From: Candidatus Bathyarchaeia archaeon
Lineage (GTDB): Archaea > Thermoproteota > Bathyarchaeia > Bathyarchaeales > Bathycorpusculaceae
NCBI GenBank assembly: GCA_038883715.1
Contig: JAVZLS010000002.1
Coordinates: 32,001-96,000, forward strand
Direction: 5' to 3'
Length of the DNA stretch: 64,000 nt
In this document: positions 28,700-37,301 of the stretch, one piece after another
Layout: each line of letters opens with the position of its first letter
How positions within the stretch are numbered: position 1 is the stretch's first letter
Notes under the pieces: generated by a model
Databases searched by the model: none
The model's input: only the letters and a program-made list of their open reading frames with translations
Told to the model about the DNA's origin: nothing
Made by a program: the position numbers and the translations under genes

Positions 28700-29578
28700 T
28701 TAAAGCTTCAATGCAGCCCTAAGCCTAGCCGACCTAGCCCTAGGATTTTCCTCAACCTCCTCCTTAGATGGCCTAACAGGCTTTTTCGTCAAAATTTTAA
28801 CAGCACCTTCTTTGTCTTTCTGTCTCAGAAAATTTTTTACAATACGATCTTCCAAGGAATGAAAGGAAATAACCACAAGCCTACCCCCCTTATCCAATAT
28901 GTCAAGAGCTTGAGGCAAAGCCTTCGCCAAATTCTGCAACTCATTGTTCACAGCTATTCTCAAAGCCTGAAATGTCTTAGTGGCAAAATGAATCCGCCCC
29001 CTATGATACCAAGAAGGCGTCGCCTTCTCAACAGCCATAACCAAATCCACAGTAGTCCTCAACGGCCTAGACCGCACAATTTCTTCGGCTATCCTCCGCG
29101 CAAACCGCTCTTGCCCATAAACCCTTAAAATCTTCACAATATCCCTCAAACTCCAAAGATTCACTATGACTTCAGCAGTCAACGGATTTTCTGGGTTATA
29201 CCGCATATCAAGAGGCTCATTCCGGAGAAAAGAAAAACCTCGACCACTCCCCTCTAAATGCCAGCTTGACAAACCCAAATCAAACAAAACCCCAGAAACA
29301 CGCCTAAAGGCATACCTATCAACCATATCGCCCAAATTGGCAAAGTTACCGCAAACGAGGATTAGACGTTTTTCGTAATCGGTGCCTTCAACTCTCCTCT
29401 TAAGCCTCTCCAAAATTACAGGGTCAGCGTCCAGCCCCAAAACTCTACCGGAAGGCCCCGTCCGCTCCAAAACAGCCAAAGCATGACCACCCAAACCCAC
29501 AGTACAATCAACAAAATCCTCACCAGGCTTAGGATCAAGAAAAAGAATAACCTCGTCCTTCATAACTGGCAAGTGCAA
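28700..29578 (-). CDS. rsmH: 16S rRNA m4C1402 methyltransferase RsmH (MraW), bacterial type
   Basis: All RsmH motifs present: HLPVMKDEV, DCTVGLGGH, DLGLSS, RGFSF..PLDMR, YGQERFARRIA, ATKTFQALRIAVNNEL, ISFHSLEDRIVK, NPRARSARLR; start TTG 29578. Confidence 0.95.
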   Translation of the reverse strand: MHLPVMKDEVILFLDPKPGEDFVDCTVGLGGHALAVLERTGPSGRVLGLDADPVILERLKRRVEGTDYEKRLILVCGNFANLGDMVDRYAFRRVSGVLFDLGLSSWHLEGSGRGFSFLRNEPLDMRYNPENPLTAEVIVNLWSLRDIVKILRVYGQERFARRIAEEIVRSRPLRTTVDLVMAVEKATPSWYHRGRIHFATKTFQALRIAVNNELQNLAKALPQALDILDKGGRLVVISFHSLEDRIVKNFLRQKDKEGAVKILTKKPVRPSKEEVEENPRARSARLRAALKL

Positions 29579-29659
29579 CCCTAGACACCACAATCCCACA
29601 TAGATTTCGAAGCAACACGCATAAGTAAAAGCCGCATTTTATTTTAAAATTTACGAAAG

Positions 29660-29734
29660 TGCGGCCGCCGGGATTTGAACCCGGGTCGTCAGCGTGGCAG
29701 GCTGATGTCCTAGTCCAGGCTAGACTACGGCCGC
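29660..29734 (-). tRNA. tRNA-Gly (GCC), no intron, CCA not encoded
   Basis: GCGGCCG acceptor stem, D-loop AGCCTGGACTAGG, anticodon arm TCAGC-CTGCCAC-GCTGA, T-arm CCGGGTTCAAATCCCGG. Confidence 0.97.
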
Positions 29735-29913
29735 CTCGATAATTTCTGGTTATCCTCTTATCCACGTTTTCCTAAAAAGCGTTATGTTCTGTGTTGTTAA
29801 TAGCAAATGTCAATTTTGTGTTGGGTGGGAGACTGCAAAATTGATAGCCCCCTCTAGTTTTCTGTGTTGCTTTATAGTCAAGTTTTTATTGCTTGTTGGC
29901 TTTTGTGTTTTTG

Positions 29914-30801
29914 ATGTTTGGTAAGGAGTTTTTTGTTAGTCGTTATCGGTTGTTGGGTTGGGAGTTTAGGGATGTTGCGCCAAAACAGGCCATTAGGGTT
30001 AATGCCATGAATGTTAAGGGCGTCAATATTTTGGAGAGGCTTAGGGGTTTGGGGGTTGAGCTTGAGGAAATCCCGTTTCTTCGTGGTGGTTACTGGGTTA
30101 CGCGTTCAGATTTTTCTGTCGGCGCCACTGTGGAGTATCTTTTGGGCTATTATTCCATACAGGAGGCTGCGGCTCAAATCCCAGCAACATTGTTCACAGA
30201 TTTAAGGAGCAAGACTGTTTTAGATGCTTGTGCCGCTCCAGGCGGCAAGACTGTTCAGTTGGCGGATTTGATGGGGAACACTGGCGTCATTGTGGCTTTG
30301 GATGTTGATGGACGGAGGCTCAATGCCTTACAAAATCAGTTGGAGCGTTGCCGTGTGAAAAACACCATTGTTTATCGGCTGGATGCCCGAAAAACTTCAA
30401 AGCTGGGTTTGAAGTTTGATAGAATATTGCTTGATGTGCCATGTTCTGGCAACTTCGCCACCGACAAAGGCTGGTTTAGGCGGAGAACGCTGGCTGATGT
30501 TAAGAGAAACGCTAGGCTTCAAAGGGAGATGCTCGCTGAAGCCGCCAAGGTTCTAAAGGAAGACGGGGAAATAGTTTATGCCACATGCTCCCTAGAGCCG
30601 GAAGAAGACGAACTGAACATTGACTGGGCTGTGAAGAATCTAGGCCTTGAAACTGTAGAGATAGAATGCTACGGAGAGGAGGCGCCAACAGAAATCTTCG
30701 GCAAAAAACTAGATGATTCCGTTGGGAATTGTCGCCGCATATGGCCTGGTGAAACCCAAGGCTTTTTTTCATGCAAACTTAAAAAGCGCAAACATGGGTG
30801 A
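29914..30801 (+). CDS. RsmB/RsmF/Nop2 family RNA m5C methyltransferase (catalytic part)
   Basis: SIQEAAA, DACAAPGGKT, DVPCSG, YATCSLEPEE (both catalytic Cys); likely ATG at 29914. Confidence 0.92.
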   Translation: MFGKEFFVSRYRLLGWEFRDVAPKQAIRVNAMNVKGVNILERLRGLGVELEEIPFLRGGYWVTRSDFSVGATVEYLLGYYSIQEAAAQIPATLFTDLRSKTVLDACAAPGGKTVQLADLMGNTGVIVALDVDGRRLNALQNQLERCRVKNTIVYRLDARKTSKLGLKFDRILLDVPCSGNFATDKGWFRRRTLADVKRNARLQREMLAEAAKVLKEDGEIVYATCSLEPEEDELNIDWAVKNLGLETVEIECYGEEAPTEIFGKKLDDSVGNCRRIWPGETQGFFSCKLKKRKHG

Positions 30802-31300
30802 AATGGTCATGGCGAAGTGTATAGAGGATTTTGCCGAACTTTTCGGTGTAAAACTTAGCTTGGACAAAAGTCTGGTAGTTAAGAAGAAAGGTAAGTTTTT
30901 CTTGCTCAGCCCGAAATTGAAGAAATTGGCTGGGAAAGGCAGAGACTGGCTTTTTGCTGGAATATATCTTGGCAAAGTCGAGAATGGCAGGTTCTTTCCA
31001 AGTTTTCCCTTGCTTTTCATGATTGCAGGCCAAGCCCAAAACAAGGTGATTGTTGATGATAAGGCAGCTTGGCTTTTCGTCTGCAGCAGAGACATATTTA
31101 AGGAGGGAATATTGGAGGCTTACGGCTCAAGAGGTAAAGGCGCCTACACATTGGTTTTTAATCGCTATGGCGAGTGCCTCGGTTTTGGTAGAATAAAAAG
31201 GGACTTAGACAAGGCGGAAAGCGGCGTGGTCGTCAAAAACATTTTGGACATTGGAGATTTCTTAAGAAGGGAGCGAAGCACAAAAATTTCGGAAATCTAA
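30794..31300 (+). CDS. Nip7/PUA-like RNA-binding protein (resembles the RsmF C-terminal domains)
   Basis: GIYLGK...FFPSF, VDDKAAWLF..RDI, GECLGFG, KNILDIGDFLRRE; overlaps the methyltransferase stop. Confidence 0.75.
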   Translation: MGEMVMAKCIEDFAELFGVKLSLDKSLVVKKKGKFFLLSPKLKKLAGKGRDWLFAGIYLGKVENGRFFPSFPLLFMIAGQAQNKVIVDDKAAWLFVCSRDIFKEGILEAYGSRGKGAYTLVFNRYGECLGFGRIKRDLDKAESGVVVKNILDIGDFLRRERSTKISEI

Positions 31301-32595
31301 ATTCCGCCAGATTTTATTTTTTGGGCTAGTTCCTCAATTTTGACCTTGCTTTGTTCCTTTTTCTGCATGTCTCTTAGGACGACGGCTCCTTCGCTTAGTT
31401 CCCTTTCGCCAACGATTACTACATGGCTTATGCCCCTTCTGTCAGCGTCTTCCAAAGCCTTTGTAACCTTCCGCCTCATGACTTCCGTTTCAACGGTTAT
31501 TCCCTCATTTCTAAGCATTTCTGAAATCTTCAAGGCTTCATTGTTCAGTTTCTCATTAACAGGAATAACCATTACCCGTTTTTCCTCTTCGGCTGGTGGG
31601 CTGGTTTTCTGCTCTTGCATGGCGAGCATTATTCTGTCTATTCCATGGGCAACCCCAACGGCTGGTGTGGGTTCTCCACCAAAAAGCTCCACAAGTTTGT
31701 CATATCTTCCCCCGCCAGCCAGTGCAATGTCCAGCTCCGGCACATAAACCTCAAAAATCATCCCAGTATAGTATTCCAGTCCGCGGGCGAAACCAGAGTC
31801 CACGATTATGTCCAGCTCTTTCTCTGATTTTCCCACCAACCCGAGGATTTCTCTGAGATTTTTTGCTGCTTTTGATGCGTTCTCGTAATCTTTCACGAGT
31901 TTTTCCATTTCATCCAGAATGCTTGCAGTGTTGCCCCCTTTTAAGCCAATCATCCTTTGGAGCGTTTTTAGGCACCTATCCGTCACTCCTGCCTCTTTTA
32001 CCATGTTTAGGGCGTCTTCGTATTGTTTTTTGTCCATGAGTTGCATGACACGGTTTTGGGTTTCCTCTCCGAGTCCTTCGCGGCTTAATATGCCTCTTAA
32101 AACGCCGACGTGTCCAACTTTGAAGGTGTAGTTTTTTAATCCTACAGACCTCATTAAAGTGTTTGTTAGCAGTAGCACTTCGGCGTCGGCTTCTGGTTTT
32201 TCAGAGCCTATAAGCTCAAAGTTTGACTGCCAAAACTCTCTGAAGCGTCCCTTTTGTGGTTCATCATATCTGTAGAGACTTCCGATACAGAATAGCCTCA
32301 ATGGTTTGGGCTCGTTCCGCATTGTTGTCGCCACAAGCCTTGCAACAGAAGCCGTGAACTCCGGTCTTAAGGCAACTTTTCTTCCACCCAAATCTTCAAA
32401 GGCGTACATTCTTGCGCGGACTTCTTCGCCTGCCTTTGCCGCCACCAACTCATAGGACTCTACGACTGGTGTTATTATTTCCCTATATCCGTATAGTTTG
32501 GCTGTTTTTCTGGCTTTTTCCTCTATGAAGCGCATTATTTTTGCCTCTTCTGGTAGGAAGTCCCTCATTCCCCGGACTGTTTTGTAGGCGCTCAT
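31297..32595 (-). CDS. hisS: Histidine--tRNA ligase
   Basis: RGMRDFLP, LRPEFTA, RYDEPQKGRFREF, RGLEYYTG, GGGRYD. Confidence 0.98.
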   Translation of the reverse strand: MSAYKTVRGMRDFLPEEAKIMRFIEEKARKTAKLYGYREIITPVVESYELVAAKAGEEVRARMYAFEDLGGRKVALRPEFTASVARLVATTMRNEPKPLRLFCIGSLYRYDEPQKGRFREFWQSNFELIGSEKPEADAEVLLLTNTLMRSVGLKNYTFKVGHVGVLRGILSREGLGEETQNRVMQLMDKKQYEDALNMVKEAGVTDRCLKTLQRMIGLKGGNTASILDEMEKLVKDYENASKAAKNLREILGLVGKSEKELDIIVDSGFARGLEYYTGMIFEVYVPELDIALAGGGRYDKLVELFGGEPTPAVGVAHGIDRIMLAMQEQKTSPPAEEEKRVMVIPVNEKLNNEALKISEMLRNEGITVETEVMRRKVTKALEDADRRGISHVVIVGERELSEGAVVLRDMQKKEQSKVKIEELAQKIKSGGI

Positions 32596-32625
32596 AACAG
32601 TTCACGTTTTGGGCTTCTACCTCTT

Positions 32626-33186
32626 TTATGGTAGGGTTAATTGTGAGACGGAATAGTAAACTATTTCGCCTCTTCGGCTCATAACAGCCAAAATAAGCTC
32701 CTTTTTTAGGCTTTGACACTGCCTCATTATTTGGGTTAACTCCTCCATTGTTATTGGTTTTCCCTCTTGAAGGTTTAGGATTAGATATTTGGCTGTGTCC
32801 TTTCCATACTCGCCTCTTTCGTAGACTCTGAAGTCTACGCCCATGCCGAAGCCTTCGCGGACAACGTATCCGCGGCTTCTAAGGTCTCTGTAAACCATGT
32901 ATTTAGCCCAAGCGTTCTCGTCTGTTTTTTCAGCGGCTTGCAGAAGTTGTTGAAAGTCTATTTCCCAGCCCTTCTCGTCTTTAACTAAAATTAAGCCCTT
33001 ATCTAGGAGGTGGAGTGCCTCGTAAAAGTTTAGGAGAAGCCCGCCGTTTTCTTCTATGCCGTAGCCCTTTGCTTTAAGCTCCTCTGCTCTCTGTTTGTTG
33101 GCTATTTTCACTCCCTTTTCGGTTAATGTTCCCTCAATTTTTGTTTCTTGACGTAGCGGCTGCGGCGGCTCCTTACTTTTGCTCAT
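32626..33186 (-). CDS. endA: tRNA splicing endonuclease subunit (probably structural beta subunit)
   Basis: VYRDLRSRGYVVREGFGMGVDFRVY; the catalytic His and the GxKxG Lys are not evident. Confidence 0.85.
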   Translation of the reverse strand: MSKSKEPPQPLRQETKIEGTLTEKGVKIANKQRAEELKAKGYGIEENGGLLLNFYEALHLLDKGLILVKDEKGWEIDFQQLLQAAEKTDENAWAKYMVYRDLRSRGYVVREGFGMGVDFRVYERGEYGKDTAKYLILNLQEGKPITMEELTQIMRQCQSLKKELILAVMSRRGEIVYYSVSQLTLP

Positions 33187-33190
33187 AGGC

Positions 33191-34216
33191 TTAACCGTGC
33201 TGGCTTATTTTTGCCAAATCGTCCTTATATAGGATGCCTTCTTCGCAAATAATTGCGGTCACATATTTTATGGGCGTGATGTCAAAAGCTGGATTTAGGG
33301 CTGGAACGCCTTCTGGAGCTATCCGCTCAGAGCCTATACATGTCACCTCTTCTTGGCTTCGCTCTTCTATTGTTATATCTGCTGCTGTATGGGCTAAGTC
33401 AAAGGTGGATTTTGGAGCCGCCACGTAAAATGGTATGCCGTGTTCTTTAGCTAGGACTGCTATCTGGTAGGTTCCAATCTTGTTGATTACAGCATCCCGC
33501 ACTATACGGTCGGCTCCAACAATAACCTTGTCAACCATGCGTTTATACATGACGTATCCCACCATGGTGTCGCTTATCAAGGTGACTGGTATTCCGTCCC
33601 GTTTAAGCTCGTAGGCTGTTAGGCGGGCGCCCTGCAGCTTTGGTCTGGTTTCAGTGGCAATAACCCTAACCCTTTTACCTTGTTCCACAGCTGCCCTAAT
33701 AACGCCTAGGGCTGTTCCATAGTCCACTGTGGCTAGTGCCCCAGCGTTGCAATGTGTCAACAATGTGTCCCCATCATTGATTAGTGTGGCTCCATGCTTT
33801 CCCATTGAGCGGTTTGCCGCAACGTCCTCTTCAGCTATCCTATTTGCCTCTTCAACGACGAAGACGGCTAATTCCTCAGCGTTTCCTTGGAAAGCCCTAG
33901 CCTTGTTTAAAATCCTGTCAACCGCCCAGAAGAGGTTAACCCCTGTAGGTCTGGTCTTCCGTAATGTGTTTGCCGCCTCTTCTAATTCACGGATAAGCTC
34001 TTCTTTCCGCCGTGCCTTTGAATGGTAAGCTGTCAGCGCCAAGGCGTAGGCTGCGGCAACCCCTATTAGTGGAGCACCCCTAATCTTCATGGTTTTTATG
34101 GCTTCAGCCACTTCGCCGCTGCTTCGCATTTTGAGAGTGACGGTTTCTCTTGGAAGCCTTGTCTGGTCTATGGTTGTTACGACCCCGTTTTGCCATTTAA
34201 TCGTCCGCGTTTTCAT
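33191..34216 (-). CDS. mtnA: Methylthioribose-1-phosphate isomerase (eIF2B family)
   Basis: IRGAPLIG, RPTGVNL, THCNAGALAT, ETRP, GADR, NKIGT, NPAFDITP. Confidence 0.92.
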   Translation of the reverse strand: MKTRTIKWQNGVVTTIDQTRLPRETVTLKMRSSGEVAEAIKTMKIRGAPLIGVAAAYALALTAYHSKARRKEELIRELEEAANTLRKTRPTGVNLFWAVDRILNKARAFQGNAEELAVFVVEEANRIAEEDVAANRSMGKHGATLINDGDTLLTHCNAGALATVDYGTALGVIRAAVEQGKRVRVIATETRPKLQGARLTAYELKRDGIPVTLISDTMVGYVMYKRMVDKVIVGADRIVRDAVINKIGTYQIAVLAKEHGIPFYVAAPKSTFDLAHTAADITIEERSQEEVTCIGSERIAPEGVPALNPAFDITPIKYVTAIICEEGILYKDDLAKISQHG

Positions 34217-34339
34217 AGCGACAAGCTCAGCAAATCGTTTATGTAATGGAAAATATAAAAGCTGCTAGGAAAGTTAAGGATTGAAGCTAATTACCAAAAC
34301 TATTAAATCATGAGAACAGAATTTTATTTGTGGTCTAAA

Positions 34340-34759
34340 TTGGTTAAAGTCGTAACACGTTATTGGAGGATAGTTGCTGGGCATCCTAAACAAAAGGAAG
34401 ATAGAATTGAGCCGAAGTCGATCATTTTAGGAGACTGGCTTCGTAATGATTATGTATCAATTGGTTGGGAAGATCCTAAACAAATATCCCGAAGACGTTT
34501 TGACGAAATGAAGATTGGTGATAAAATCGTCGTAACAACGGACAAGCACATTTGGGCTATAGGTGAGATTGCAGGAAATTTATATGAAAAAGAAGAAGGA
34601 GAACTTTACCCTTATAGAAAGGATGTGATTTGGTACAAAATAACTAGGCTCAGTTACGATAATTTTCCAGCTTCTCTTAGAAACAAACTTAGAAATCCTC
34701 ATACCGTTATGGAATTAGATAAAAATGATTGGGAGACTATTCTAGCGTATCTTACGTAG
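34340..34759 (+). CDS. AT-rich hypothetical protein, PUA/EVE-like domain as found at the N-terminus of McrB/Mrr-type proteins
   Basis: YWRI..G, YVSIGW, MKIGDKIVV, AIGEIAG, YRKDVIW pattern; start uncertain (34310 or 34340). Confidence 0.6.
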   Translation: MVKVVTRYWRIVAGHPKQKEDRIEPKSIILGDWLRNDYVSIGWEDPKQISRRRFDEMKIGDKIVVTTDKHIWAIGEIAGNLYEKEEGELYPYRKDVIWYKITRLSYDNFPASLRNKLRNPHTVMELDKNDWETILAYLT

Positions 34760-34770
34760 TGAGATACATA

Positions 34771-35481
34771 ATGAAAAAGGAAGATCTAAAAGTTTTCGTT
34801 GAAGGTTTTGGGCATAGATACTCTGGAATTTTGGGCATAGACCTAAAAAGCCGAAGGGAAGAGGAGATTTTCAAGTGGTTTTTGACTTCCGTACTTTTCG
34901 GCGCGCCTATAACTGAAACTTCCGTCATAAAAACTTACAAGTGCTTCGAAAAGCGCGGCGTCTTAACTCCTCAAAAGATTTTGGAAACCGGTTGGGACGG
35001 CTTAGTGCAAATTCTCGACGAAGGCAGCTACACACGTTACGACTTCAAAACGGCTGACAAACTTCTCGAAGTAATGCGAAACTTAATAGAAAAGTATGAC
35101 GGAAAATTAACTACCATTTATGAAGAAGCCCATGACCACGCAGATTTGGAAGAGAAGCTTAAAAGTTTAGGAAAGGGCGTCGGCGACGTAACGGTGGGCA
35201 TATTCCTACGGGAGCTGCGCGACGTTTGGGAAAAAGCCAAACCAAAACCAACAAGCCTCGTTGTAATGGCAGCCAAAAACCTTGGAATAATTGATGAGAA
35301 ATCTCCAAAGGATGTTTTGCGGCAGCTTGAAGATTTTTGGGCTGAAAATGCTGTGACTGGCAAGTCCTTCACAAACTTTGAAACTGCATTGCTTCGTCTA
35401 GGCAAAAACTACTGTAGAAAGGATAGGTGCGCCGTTTGCCCCGTTAAGGCGGATTGTAAACGCCACGCTACGGGGGCTTAA
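34771..35481 (+). CDS. HhH-GPD superfamily-like protein with C-terminal Fe-S motif
   Basis: FKWFLTSVLFG, YTRYDFKTA, HhH LKSLGKGVGDVT, C-x4-C-x2-C-x5-C. Confidence 0.75.
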   Translation: MKKEDLKVFVEGFGHRYSGILGIDLKSRREEEIFKWFLTSVLFGAPITETSVIKTYKCFEKRGVLTPQKILETGWDGLVQILDEGSYTRYDFKTADKLLEVMRNLIEKYDGKLTTIYEEAHDHADLEEKLKSLGKGVGDVTVGIFLRELRDVWEKAKPKPTSLVVMAAKNLGIIDEKSPKDVLRQLEDFWAENAVTGKSFTNFETALLRLGKNYCRKDRCAVCPVKADCKRHATGA

Positions 35482-36202
35482 TGTAAGTTACAACCTCTAT
35501 TGGGCATTCTTCCGGAAGTTTTAGTCGCTTCCGCCACTCGTCGCCTATGGCTATGAGGGAGAAAATCCCTGAAATTTCAGCCTTCGCTTTACGCACAAGA
35601 TTGACGAGCGCTGCTTGTGTCTCACCAGTCTTAATCATGTCATCCACTATTAGGACGCTGTCCCGCTTTTTGATGGCTTCCTTTGGAACATAAAGCGTAA
35701 TTGTTACGCCGGAATCCCTAAGCACAAATGTTTCCTCAAGAAACTCTTTAACGCCAACCTCCTTGCTTCTCTTGGCTATAACAAGGTTTACGCCTAGAGC
35801 GTTTGCCACCATAGTTGCCAATGGGATTCCGTCAACCGCCGCAGTAAACACTTTTGTAACTCGTTTTCCAGCAAAATTTGCAAGAGCATGATTAGCCGCC
35901 TGCTGGAGAATGTTAAAATCTCCAATAATCTCGGTATTATCAAAATAACCATCCTCGTTAAACTTTATTCTGTTCCGGAGCTCGTTTTCCAAACCAACAA
36001 ATTTTGATAAGACTTTCCAGAGCTGTTTTGCTCTGGCAGTGTTTGGCAAAACGTGTCCTTTGGCGTATCTGCTTAGAACTGTTACTGGCAAGCCTGTTTT
36101 TGCTGACAACTCGCGGTATGTGATGTTCCGCTTGTATTTGGCTGTTCGAAGAAGTTCAATAGTCATTAAACGCAGTTTCAACTCTTCTGCGTGTGTGCTC
36201 AT
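35468..36202 (-). CDS. HTH-fused purine phosphoribosyltransferase-like regulator
   Basis: N-terminal HTH (TYRELSAKTGLPVTVLSRY) plus PRPP loop LIVDDMIKTGET. Confidence 0.85.
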   Translation of the reverse strand: MSTHAEELKLRLMTIELLRTAKYKRNITYRELSAKTGLPVTVLSRYAKGHVLPNTARAKQLWKVLSKFVGLENELRNRIKFNEDGYFDNTEIIGDFNILQQAANHALANFAGKRVTKVFTAAVDGIPLATMVANALGVNLVIAKRSKEVGVKEFLEETFVLRDSGVTITLYVPKEAIKKRDSVLIVDDMIKTGETQAALVNLVRKAKAEISGIFSLIAIGDEWRKRLKLPEECPIEVVTYIKPP

Positions 36203-36314
36203 CAGCCTCCCCCATACACAAGGACCAGTTAAATTCTGAAGCGTTTACATCTTATTATTACCTTCCCAATTTATAATTTCCGCTCGAAAACCGAACAGCA
36301 CGCAAACAAACGTT

Positions 36315-37262
36315 TTAGGGCGCCTTAGCTAAAATCACTTCGAAGGAGTACTCAAAACCATCCCGGTAAACCGTCAAGCGGACTTTTTCGCCAGCCCTTT
36401 TCTTATGAATTTCGCCTAAGAGCTTCTCTATCCGTGTTACGGGGACGTCATCCAAAGCCAATATTATGTCGCCAGCCGCTATGCCAGCCTCATGCGCTGG
36501 GCTTCCCTCAACAACCCTAGTGACTAAAACGCCTTCATCTAATGGTATTCCATAATAGCGGGAAATCTCCTTTGTGAGGCTTAATCCCATTATCCCAAGC
36601 CATGGTCGTGTGTGCACCCCTTTAGATATGATTTCTGCTGCGCACTTTTTGGCTGAGTTTATGGGGATGGCGAACCCGATTCCATGGGCATAGGGAATAA
36701 TAGCGGTGCTTATGGCAACAACCTTGCCATTAACATCCACTAGGGGTCCGCCGCTGTTTCCCGGGTTTATGGCTGCATCTGTCTGGACAAGATTTTCCAG
36801 AAGCTCATTTTTGGATTCTATGGTGCGGTTTAAGGCGCTTACAACGCCGGAAGTTATTGTTGGTCCACCAGCCAAGCCGAAGGGGTTACCGATGGCGTAG
36901 ACGCGCTGTCCAATCCTCAACTTATCAGAGTCTCCAAGCTCAGCATAGGGCAAGCCTTTCCTGTCAACTTTGACTACGGCTATGTCGTGGATTGTGCATG
37001 TTCCAAGCAAGCGTCCGTTTAAAACTTCGCCGTTCCAGAGGGTGACGGCTATGCGTTCAGCGCCTTGAACAACATGGTTATTCGTTAATACGTGGCCTTC
37101 GCTGTCTATTATTGTTCCGGAACCCATGCCCTTGACTGGGAAGACTTGGTAGAATATGTCTTGAATCAGCCTAATCGTGCTGATGTTGACAACGCTCCTG
37201 CTGACTTTTTCTAGAACATCCAAAACCTTAGACTCGTCATTAAATGCCAATCTAACCGCCAC
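36315..37262 (-). CDS. HtrA/DegP-like serine protease with PDZ domain
   Basis: TNNHVV, DIAVV, QTDAAINPGNSGG, C-terminal PDZ; no signal peptide. Confidence 0.93.
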   Translation of the reverse strand: MAVRLAFNDESKVLDVLEKVSRSVVNISTIRLIQDIFYQVFPVKGMGSGTIIDSEGHVLTNNHVVQGAERIAVTLWNGEVLNGRLLGTCTIHDIAVVKVDRKGLPYAELGDSDKLRIGQRVYAIGNPFGLAGGPTITSGVVSALNRTIESKNELLENLVQTDAAINPGNSGGPLVDVNGKVVAISTAIIPYAHGIGFAIPINSAKKCAAEIISKGVHTRPWLGIMGLSLTKEISRYYGIPLDEGVLVTRVVEGSPAHEAGIAAGDIILALDDVPVTRIEKLLGEIHKKRAGEKVRLTVYRDGFEYSFEVILAKAP

Positions 37263-37301
37263 TGTAAAATCTCTTTAAAGGCTTTAAACCCTTTTCTCTC
37301 T

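Noticed and set aside
28200-29734. Integrated mobile element at tRNA-Gly
   Set aside because: No integrase was seen and no duplicated tRNA 3' end (att site) was found; only the single foreign gene is supported.
29758-29765. TTATCCAC, similar to a bacterial DnaA box
   Set aside because: Single imperfect copy in an archaeal context; expected by chance.
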